DNA from: Tubulanus polymorphus
Taxonomy: Eukaryota; Animalia; Nemertea
Assembly (NCBI RefSeq): GCF_964204645.1
Contig: NC_134028.1
Location: 20,518,345-20,582,344, forward strand
DNA length: 64,000 nucleotides
Reading direction: 5' to 3'
Part shown: positions 26,768-36,860 of the stretch, piece by piece
Position numbering within the stretch: position 1 is the first letter of the stretch
How the letters are laid out: each line of letters starts with the position of its first letter
Notes under the pieces: generated by a model
What the model saw: the letters and a program-made list of their open reading frames with translations, nothing else
Database searches by the model: none
Told to the model about the DNA's origin: nothing
Position numbers and translations under genes: made by a program

Positions 26768-28529
26768 AAACCATTTTACAGTTGCTAGCCGCCATTTTGT
26801 TAGGGTACTTTTGCCCCGTATTGTTGGGTCATTTTTTTCTCTTTTTTAAAAACTATCCGTGATGTGTATTGTATCATATTTCATCTGTCCATGGATGGAT
26901 TTTGACAACTTCAGCAACATTCAAACCGCGTGAATCTCTAGTTTTCAGTTATGTAAAAATCATTTCTCAAATTTACAACAATGCGACATGAGAGCGATAT
27001 AAAAATCGGTGGTCAGTTTTTGCCGTGCGCATAGAAATCCAGGGTACTGAACTTTGAAGTTCGTTTTTTTCAGAAATAATTTTCTAAAAAATCCAAACAT
27101 TTCAAGCACTGTGCGCATAAACGCCCCCTTTCAGGTGAACTTTGAAATTTTAATATATCTTGCCTAGTTTTTTTCCTATGGCTCTTTAACTGCAGCGCGT
27201 GTATTGTCATTCCGAGATTCGGCGCTGTTTTCATTGCGTGTATTTCAGTATATGGGTGTTATTTCTTCATTTTAACTACACTTGTCTCTACGGAAAATGG
27301 TTTTAATTGTTGGTACGAGTATCAGGTTTAAATATCACGTCGTTTATGCAATATAATAGGTCGAAGACATTAGAGGTGTTGGGGTTTAAGGGATTTTTCT
27401 GACCAGTTTTAGCAGCGAGACTGAGCGGCATTTTGATCACGCATTCGAAGTTGCGCGCGGGAAGAGAATATATAGGCCTATATTGAGATGGAAGAAGAAA
27501 AGAAATATAACACTCAAAATCGAGTATGATATGATGACCATTTAAATCAGTAGTCTATCAATAAATTTACATAAAAATCTACTGAAATTAGATGGATGGA
27601 GAAGTGGTCAAAAAGCTGGACAAATGGGGTGGGGCAAATATTCAGCTACTTTCTATGAATACTTTCTATGAGTACACACAAGATTGATTAGATTGGGAAG
27701 AAAATATAGGAAAACTTTCTTGTTTTGGAGGTGAAATATCAAGTATCAAGTTCGAATGTCATACGCAGGTGATAAAAAGTAAAAAGTGACATCTACCATC
27801 ACAAAAACGCAAGAAGTGTGTGGATTGCATTTACAACAAAAGAGTGATATTTTGGGTTTTCTTGGGTGCATGTACGTAAGCCTCTGCCTGCCGTAAAAGC
27901 GGCTACCATTACAGCCATTACGAACTAGCGCCGGAGAACGGAATACAGTATTAATGCCGTAATATTTAAACCTGATACTCGTACCAACAATTAAAACCAT
28001 TTTCCGTAGAGACAAGTGTAGTGAAAATGAAGAAATAACACCCATATACTGAAATACACGCAATGAAAACAGCGCCAAATCTCGGAATGACAATACACGC
28101 GCTGCAGTTAAAGTGCCATAGGAAAAAAACTAGGCAAGATATCTTAAAATTTCAAAATTCACCTGAAAGGGGGTGTTTATGCGCACAGTGCTTGAAATGT
28201 TTGGATTTTTTAGAAAATTATTTCTGAAAATAACGAACTTCAAAGTTCAGTACCCTGGATTTCTATGCGCACGGCAAAAACTGACCACCGATTTTTATAT
28301 CGCTCTCATGTCGCATTGTTGTAAATTTGAGAAATGATTTTTACATAACTGAAAACTAGAGATTCACGCGGTTTGAATGTTGCTGAAGTTGTCAAAATCC
28401 ATCCATGGACAGATGAAATATGATACAACACACATCACGGATAGTTTTAAAAAAAGAGAAAAAAATGACCCAACAATACGGGACAAAAGTACCCTAACAA
28501 AATGGCGGCTAGCAACTGTAAAATGGTTT
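26768..28529. mobile_element. Non-autonomous DNA transposon, ~570-bp TIRs, AT TSD (ISL2EU/PIF-Harbinger-like)
   Basis: TIRs 26768-27335 and 27961-28529 (AAACCATTTTACAGTTGCTAGCCGCCATTTTG). The empty paralogous site agaATtattt at ~25431 gives a 2-bp AT duplication. Confidence 0.9.
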
Positions 28530-28670
28530 ATTATTTATTTGCATTTTCAAGCACTGATACAAATTTGAATCGTATAGAACAAGGAAACGCGAAACCTACA
28601 GAATTAGAACATACATCTTCTAGTATAATGCGATGCAGGTCAAATTATCCATCATTTCTAAATACTTTTT

Positions 28671-29202
28671 CTAGTTTTCTTTATTTTTTTTCAATGCATT
28701 TTTCAGAGATTTCAAATTGTTTCTTAGATCTTTGGCATTTTTTCTTACGTAATCGATAATCAGCGATTTGCCTTGTTTTGACTGAAATACTTTCGCCAAA
28801 ACGCTAGGTAGTTGTGAACCTTTTAACTTTAGATCGTCCAAGATCTTGCTGTTGACGATAGTTTCGCAATCCAATTTGCTCAGTGGTCCCGATATGGCCT
28901 TGCCGTAATGTTCGACAGCAAGAGATGATACCTGTCGATGAAACCAAACACATAATTGAAAATGCTATTTCCCGGAAAGCCCTTTAAATACAATACTGAG
29001 ATTATAAGAATTTTAAGAGGTTATAGTGAGTGTAGCTGCGATGGATTAACACACGTGATAGGATTGAAAAAACGCTTTTTGACTATACAGCGTTTTCTCT
29101 TTATAGACAGATATTTACCTTGCGACATGTGCTTTCATCAATGGCATCGGTTGAAACCCAGAAAACCGCCAGAAAAACCACCAAAAAACTGATCAATTTC
29201 AT
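28671..29202 (-). CDS. Secreted two-Cys protein family, copy C, open (114 aa)
   Basis: Phase-0 join of exons 29202-29119 and 28931-28671: MKLISFLVVFLAVFWVSTDAIDESTCRK/VSSLAVEHYGKAISGPLSKLDCETIVNSKILDDLKLKGSQLPSVLAKVFQSKQGKSLIIDYVRKNAKDLRNNLKSLKNALKKNKEN*. AATAAA 28539-28534. Confidence 0.8.
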
Positions 29203-29619
29203 GTTGTCTCCGGAAAACTGTAATCAGATCATAGAAATAGAGACTGGTTTCCGGCAGTGTCAGAACTGGAGACTGGTCCCCGGCTGTTTCAGAACTACAG
29301 ATATCATGAGTGATCTTACCTGTTTAATGTGTGTTGAGATTTAACGTGATGTCAAAGCGACTGACGAATGTTTCATTTTGTCGATTGAATCATGCGAGTT
29401 TTATACATATTTTGGGCTGAATAATATTTGATCAGAAGTTGCTGAACGGCTTCACATTAAACATCCCACTCAGTAGATTTAATACCAACTATTTACAGGA
29501 TCGAGATTCGATTATTTCTGCTTTGTTTAATCTGTCTGCATCTGTTTTTCTACTGTATATTGCTGGAAATTTGAAGGACGATGGAGGTTTTACATTTTCA
29601 ATTCAACTGAACTTAGGTA

Positions 29620-30080
29620 CTTTGTCCAGGACAGTGTAAATGGATCCTAGAAACAAGTCTAGAAGTGTGGAACTTGGTCAAAAACTGTAGAAGTAGGTCC
29701 AGAACTGGATCTATTATGCGGCTTTCATGAATTATATTTATGGGCTTTCATGAATATTATTGAGCTTAGAAGTAGGCCTAGAAATGTGGACCTGGGTCCA
29801 CAACTATGAAGTAGGTCCACAACTGTGAAACTGGGCCCACAACTGCAGAAGTAGGTTTAGAAGACAGTGTGGAACTGGGTAATCATGTCGAAGAAGTTCC
29901 AGATTACTGTGGACTGTAGAAGTATGTCCAGAAGTGTGGAACTGGGTCCACGTATAGAAGTGGGTCTAGAAGTGTGGAATTGGGTCCACAACTGTCGAAT
30001 AGGTCCGGCACTGTATAACTGGATCGAAAACTGTAGAAGCAGGTCCAAAATTGTGTAACTGGATTCACAACTGTAGAAAT
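29620..30080 (+). repeat. 20-bp minisatellite upstream of copy C
   Basis: Same unit as 680-1140. Confidence 0.88.
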
Positions 30081-32029
30081 AAATCGACGAGAAGTCGTTC
30101 AATTTGAAGAATGAAAGTTTTACATATTTGATGGGCGCTGTGATAATATATAGATTAGGGAGTCTAAAATTCAGTTCAAAGATTAAAAATGAACTTATTT
30201 TGACAGCGGAAACCTACTGCTCGTCAGGCCATCTGGCGGGATAGCAACTTTGTATGTACCCCATTGTTTTAACACATTGAATATTGATAAAATCATTGAT
30301 TGCACTGATCACCAGTTAGGTTATATTCAAATCCACCATTAATTATTCGTATCAATTAGATGACAATGATAGGTTTAATCAAATCCCCTCTCTATTGGAA
30401 ACAATACAAGTCATGTCTAGAAGTTTCTGCCACATTTTGAATTTGCCGAAAATCTGCATGATAAAAAATTGCAAAAACGGGAGAGACTGAGGCAGTCTAG
30501 GGGTACCGTCTGACTAAGCCCCGGACGGTGTTGAGACAAAATGATGTTTAAACGCTGATAGTTGAGTTCACACTTGTCCCTAACGCTAACACGGTATTAT
30601 CCCACGAGCAAACAAGCGATCAAACGTCATATTGTGTAACAAGATTATTTCGTTAATCATGTCATTCGAACGAAATGTTTTCGTGGGAACGGCATTTTTT
30701 TCATTCTAACGAAAATTTCCTCGTAGGAACGACACGTTTTTCATTCCAGCGAAATGCTTGTTTTTTGATGGTAGGCGATTTCCCCTAACCCCTTAATCTA
30801 TGAACGAGGTGGTCATACAGATTATTAAGGAGATCATTGCCATTTGTCAGTCAAAAACCGGTTCCGTGAATACCTAATACCCATTAATCCTCCTAATATA
30901 TGTTACTAACCCTTTATGTATAGAAAGTAGCCGAAATATTGTATGATTCTCATTTAGTTTCAATGAAAAGGTTGATTATAATAGAATGTTACCTGAATCG
31001 AGCATAAGATTAACTACTTGTGGATCGATCACGGATTTGGAATTATAATCTAACACCCCAATGAAGTACCCCCTTTAAAATCACGTGAGCACCGCCCTTT
31101 ACGTCCATACATGTATATGACATTCCGGTCGAAAACTCTGGTCGAGAATTCCTTCTTGTAAGAATAAATAAGGATATTTTTTCATCGTGTCACCTCCGGG
31201 GGCAAGGCAAAGCATACTGGTGATATATTACAACCAAACCCGACATAAACCGCAATCTTTAAAATCACCTTCATTTCACCTTGAAAAACTGCATTATACA
31301 ATCGCATTTCAACAGTTCCTGCATTTGCGCAGATTTTTTTTTAGATCAATCTTGTTATTCAGAAAATCTTGACTATTTTTGCAGATCGAGTTCGATCAGG
31401 CGCAAGATTGAATTCTACACTAGCTCTCAATCGAATAATTGTGTAATACAATGTGTAATCAGTTGTTATGACTTGCAACAGAATATGACGTTTGTCTAAA
31501 TGATCGTGTGTTTGATCACGGGATATATACCGTATATACCGTGTAAGCGTTAGGGGACACGTGAACTGTGTAAACTAAAATACCAGTGTTAAAACATCAT
31601 TTTGTGTGAACAACGTCCGGGGCTTATTCAGACGGTACCCCTAGACTTCATCGCCCCCTTCCCATTTAAATTCATTAAATTTCCTCAGGTTTACAATTCA
31701 TGAGCATACAGATTTGTCGGCATGAATTCAAACCGTGGCAGAAACTTCAAGACATGACTTGGAGTATTTGCCATAGAGGTGATCTGATAAAACCGACCAC
31801 TGCCATCTAATTAAAACAAAATAATTACTGGTCGGTTTAGATAGAATATAACTGGTGATCAATACAATCAATGATTTTATTGATATTCACTGCGTTAAAA
31901 CAATCGACGTAATGCGTTATTTTCGCCCATTCTCCCCAAATCAAACAAGTTCTCGTCGATTTATTGCAAATACAGAAAAAACACAGAATATGTAAGTCAA
32001 AACGTCCTTTTTTCAGGTTGAGACCCAAT

Positions 32030-32540
32030 TCCGCAGTTTTGCCCATGAGTTCCACACTCCTGGACCAAGTTCCATAAAACGAGATTCTGTTCCACAGTTC
32101 CGGATCTATTTCCACGTGTGGACCCAATTCTTCAGTTCTGCATGGACCCTCCAGTTGTAGACCCAGCTACGCAGTTCTGAATCTATTTCTACCGTTTTGG
32201 ATCCAGTTCCACGGTAATGGAGATACGTCTACAACTTGGTCCCAGTTCCACAATTATGGTACTACTTCTACAGTTGTGGATCCAGTTCCAGCTGGACGCA
32301 TTTCAACCATGGTGGATCGGTTATATAGCTCTGGACCTGCTTCTACAGTTGTGGACCCTGTTCCACAGTTCTGGATCTACTTCTACAGTTTAAGACCTAG
32401 TTCAACACTTCTGGACCCGTTTCTACAGTTGTTGGCCAAGTTCCACAGATGTGGACCTACCCCGACAGTTGTGGTCATGACTCCACACTTCTGGATTTGC
32501 TTATTTAGGATCCAGCGCCACAGTCCTGGACAAAGTTCCT
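32030..32540 (-). repeat. 20-bp minisatellite (inverted) upstream of copy D
   Basis: Same unit as 3140-3800. Confidence 0.88.
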
Positions 32541-33066
32541 AAGTTCGGTTGAATTTGACTCAAGAGTTTGAAAATGAGTTCATTTTCAATAAGTTGCCTC
32601 TCTGTGAAATTGTGGAACTGTAGAACCGGAAGTAGTTCGTATGATATTTGAATCTAAAGTTTAAATCTAGTCTTTTACAATAATCAATTCATGTGTGCAT
32701 AAAAAATATGTCGAACCTCCATCGTCCTTCAAATTTCCAGCAATATAGAGTAGAAAAACAGGGCCAGACAGATTAAACAAAGCAAAAATAATCGAATCGA
32801 TCCTGATAAATAGTTGAAATTAATTCAGCAACTTCTGATCAAATATTATTCAGCCAAAAATGTATAAAACTGGCAAGATTCAATCGACAAAATGAGACAT
32901 TCGTCAGTCGCTTCAACAGTACGTTAAATCTCATTATACACATTATACAGGTAAGATCAATTATAATATCGGTAGTTCTGACACAGCTGGAAACGAGTAT
33001 CCAGTTCTGACTGCCGGGAACAAGACTCTATTTTCTATGATCTGATTGCAGTTTTTCGGATACAAC

Positions 33067-33775
33067 ATGAAATTGATAAGTTTTTTGGTGGTTTTTCTGG
33101 CCGTTCTCTGGGCTTCAACCGATGCCATTGATGAAAGTACATGTCGCAAGGTAAATATCTTTTAGTCATATCACGTGTGTTAATCCATCGCAGCTACACT
33201 CCTGAACCTAAAGTCTACAAATCTCCTTGATCCTACGTGCAGTTGATATTACTTAGGGAAAGAAGATTAATTAACGTAAAAACCTCTCAGTATTTGAAAC
33301 AAATCTCTGAAGATGAGTGGAAGTATTCCACCCGAAACGTTAGAATGAAATAACAACTGTTGTTTAAGATCTATATTGTGGGTTTTTACGCAGGGACTGG
33401 AAATAGTCTCAACTATTTATAACCTCTTCGTATAACCTCCTGATAATCGTGACATCAATGTTGTAATTTGAGGGTTCACCAGGAAAAACCATTTTCAATT
33501 ACATTTTTATTATATAGGTAGCATCTCTTGCTGTCGAACATTACGGCAAGGCCATATCGGGACCACTGAGCAAATTAGATTGCGAAACTATCGTCAACAG
33601 CAAGATCTTGGACGATCTAAAGTTACAAGGTTCACAACTACCTAGCGTTTTGGCGAAAGTCTTCAAGTCAACACAAGGCAAATCGAAGATTTTCGCTTAC
33701 GTACGAAACAATGTCAACGTCATTAGAAACAATTTGAAAACTTTGAAAGAAGCATTGAAAAAACTAGAAAACTAG
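33067..33775 (+). CDS. Secreted two-Cys protein family, copy D, open (113 aa)
   Basis: Exons 33067-33150 and 33518-33775: MKLISFLVVFLAVLWASTDAIDESTCRK/VASLAVEHYGKAISGPLSKLDCETIVNSKILDDLKLQGSQLPSVLAKVFKSTQGKSKIFAYVRNNVNVIRNNLKTLKEALKKLEN*. TATA ~32862, UTR donor gtaaga 32951, AATAAA ~33908. Confidence 0.82.
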
Positions 33776-34374
33776 AAAATTCCATGCATAATGATCGATA
33801 ATTCGAGCAAAATTGCATTTATACTAGAAGATGTATGTTCTAATTCTATAGATTCCGGGTTTCCTTGTTCTATACGATTAAAATTTATGTCAATGTTTGA
33901 AAACGCAAATAAATAGTTTTTAGTCGGCATAAAATGAATGTAGTGATGTATTGATTTCATTGAGGTTAACATTACGGGTAAGGGAGTTAGTAGTGGGACG
34001 ATCTTGCATGCCAATTAACGCAAACGGGAGATTGTGAATGGAACCCGAGGATAAGTCTACAGAATTTATTCCAACCTGGGTGGATATAGCTGTTTGGATC
34101 CAGCCAATGATTACATAATCAGTTAGACCAGGACGGCATTAAGAATCTTCAACTTATGACAACACAATTTTCAATTCAATTCAAAATTTATTCAGTAAAT
34201 AATCATATAAATGGTTGCGGCTTAATATAATAAAAAATTACAGCAAATGTATCAAAAATGTCAAACATACAGCGGATGGCTTAGTTCGCGTAGCATGCTT
34301 AAACTAAATCGCCAAAATATTTATGATTGGACTAGTTTTCTTGTATCTATCTTTTCGACTCTTAATCAACAGGC

Positions 34375-34780
34375 CCTTTGCCTAAACTTTGCAATGGAAA
34401 GCGAGGTGATCTAACCCGAATTTCACGTTTGTTTTAATGGTGTGCTCTAGATGGGAAAATCTGCGGGATGAACTCTTCAACGATATCATCAAAATATTCC
34501 CCAACATTAGAAGCCTCGACAAGGAACACCAATTAACCTACTACTTTCTTTCCATTTATTGGCCAAAATTGTAAGCAAATTCTTTAGATCAAGAGTTTAA
34601 GGCCTGAATATCTAATTCCATATCTACCCATTTCGAGTGAATATTAAATTCGGTAACTTGCATTAATGTTAATTTTCTTTTCATTATCATTCTATGTATA
34701 AGTTTTATACATCATTTGTATGTACAAATTTTATATCATCCACAATCGTGTACGATTCCATGAATACTAAACATTGAATT
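34375..34780 (+). mobile_element. Decayed 3' tip of a non-LTR element; a separate minus-strand (TTGAA)n tail fragment lies at ~34168-34265
   Basis: EFH..C.RWENLRDELFNDI-like translation resembles the C-terminus of the 13.7-kb element. Confidence 0.45.
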
Positions 34781-35144
34781 ATCTGTATTGTGGAATTTGA
34801 AACGCTATCAATACCGACATGTTACTGAATCAATATTCACTGATGGCTTAATCAGGCCGCAAAACATATACTGCCTTGAAAATAGACGTTCGTCAGCAAA
34901 ATATTGCAATCGCGACCAGCCCATCGGTACAGAGATATCTTGCTGCAGAAATAGATATATCACTGTGACGTACATTGTTTTAATTTCTGAAATTCTTCAT
35001 TAGAATATTTGCATGTACTATCTCATTCGACTTTCCTGGAGGAACTTACTGCAGACCCCGATAATTGGAGGTAACTTGTACATCACATCGTGATGCAGTG
35101 GCGTTGGTGATGTCATAGAAGAAGATCACATTTGACTTAAAACT

Positions 35145-35267
35145 ATGGCTGATGCAAAAAAGCAGCGAAAGCAATAAAATAACAAGAGTTACAGGTGTAG
35201 TTGACACACTGATCAAATTTCATACCGAATTAACTGCCAATTCCTCCGATGGAATCACAAATAAGAA
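35145..35267 (+). pseudogene. Myb/SANT-like (Harbinger-type) ORF remnant, 5' part
   Basis: MADAKKQRK...ELQV.VDTLIKFHTELTANSSDGITNK (with stop and frameshift) continues after the LINE as ERRWSEISQAVNSV. Confidence 0.6.
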
Positions 35268-35373
35268 TGATATCCAAAATGGCGGCAGTGTTATGTTGTG
35301 ATTTGTTATCGGTCTCATAATTCTTGGATAATTTATACGTTCATCTTCGATAACAACGTAGTCTACCAACTTC

Positions 35374-36834
35374 ATGATGGATTTAAAGCGACCGTTAACT
35401 GTCATGTGTATGGGAGGTAAATTTTCTGAAGATGATGTGATTATTTCGCTCGGAAATAGCATTTCTAATGTTCGAGCTATCCAAATAATGAAAATGGGTG
35501 AATGTAGAATAACATTCACCAATGTAGAGTCCATGACAGCATTTGTTAGGAGTAATCCGAAGATAAATAATCGGCAAATTAAAACTTTTATGGTTGATGA
35601 ATTGCCTAATACTACAAATGTAACCATAAAAGACGCACCGGTTGAATTATCTGATGCGTTCATCGCCGCTCAACTGTCCAGATTTGGTAAAGTAGTTAAT
35701 GGCAGCATTCATCGTGGAAAGATAAAAAATACTGAGATTTTGAATGGGACGATATATGCAAAAATGATTGATGTAAAAGTTATAGTTCCAGTTGAGACGA
35801 AATTTGGTAAATTTGATGTTAGAATTTATTGCGACAATAACAAGACACAGTGCCGATATTGCGGAGGTACCGATCACCCATATTTCCGTTGTCTTTTGCG
35901 ATCGCGGAAATTGTGCTTCAAGTGCAAAGCTGCAGATCATATGGCAGCGGATTGCACATTAGGCATTGTATGTTTTTATTGCCGGACTGAAGGACATAAA
36001 AAAACTGATTGCCCTAAACTGCGGGAAGTACAGACGAAATTATTTACTGAGCCGGATTCGAACTCAACTAGTGATCTCAACTCCGATATAGTTGAATCCA
36101 CGCCAACTGACGTCCATCCAGCGCCTGAGCAAACTCAACCACCCGTAGCTGAGGTGTGCTCAGCTGTCAAATCGTCTGAATGCCTGATAATCGGCGATTC
36201 GAACTGCCACCGCCTTATATTCACTGATATCCCAAATAAAGTCCGTGTGAATGGGTTATCGGGTGCGACTGCTCGCGAAATTAGTCAACAACTGTTGAAC
36301 CTTGACAAGTCATTAGTTCGTGAGGAAATAAAATCAGTAATTTGTCATTTGGGGACAAATGACATATCTCTCCAGAAAGAGGATCATGATCAAGTTATAC
36401 TTGATATGACAAAAGCTGTGAATATCCTTCTCGGCCATTTCCCATCTGCTAATATAAACATATCTAGCATCCTGCTTCGGAAGGGAAAAAGTAAAAACAT
36501 AATGACATTGAATGACGTCACATCCCTCGTAAACAGATTCATAAAGAAACTTTGTGATAACGAGAGCAGACTCCATTATATTGATAATGATAAAAAATTC
36601 CGCCCAGATGGATCAGTGGTACGAATGCTATTTGATTCTACTGACACCAAGGGTGTACATATCGGTATTGATGGAGCAAAGGAACTGACGCGCACGTTTT
36701 TGGACGTCTTAGGCGTCAACGCTGAAGCGAGTAAAAAGAGACTACGCAGTCAGTCGTCGTCCTCGGGTAGTCCGAACAGTGTACAGGCGTGTAAAATTCT
36801 TGTTACGGGTGACTCACCGGTAACTGTTGTATAA
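35374..36834 (+). CDS. LINE ORF1p: RRM-like region, three CCHC zinc knuckles, SGNH esterase-like domain (486 aa)
   Basis: CRYCGGTDHPYFRC, CFKCKAADHMAADC, CFYCRTEGHKKTDC; IIGDSN...SGA...HLGTND...D..GVH. Confidence 0.9.
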   Translation: MMDLKRPLTVMCMGGKFSEDDVIISLGNSISNVRAIQIMKMGECRITFTNVESMTAFVRSNPKINNRQIKTFMVDELPNTTNVTIKDAPVELSDAFIAAQLSRFGKVVNGSIHRGKIKNTEILNGTIYAKMIDVKVIVPVETKFGKFDVRIYCDNNKTQCRYCGGTDHPYFRCLLRSRKLCFKCKAADHMAADCTLGIVCFYCRTEGHKKTDCPKLREVQTKLFTEPDSNSTSDLNSDIVESTPTDVHPAPEQTQPPVAEVCSAVKSSECLIIGDSNCHRLIFTDIPNKVRVNGLSGATAREISQQLLNLDKSLVREEIKSVICHLGTNDISLQKEDHDQVILDMTKAVNILLGHFPSANINISSILLRKGKSKNIMTLNDVTSLVNRFIKKLCDNESRLHYIDNDKKFRPDGSVVRMLFDSTDTKGVHIGIDGAKELTRTFLDVLGVNAEASKKRLRSQSSSSGSPNSVQACKILVTGDSPVTVV

Positions 36835-36860
36835 TTTCTCTGTTTATCTCACAATATATA

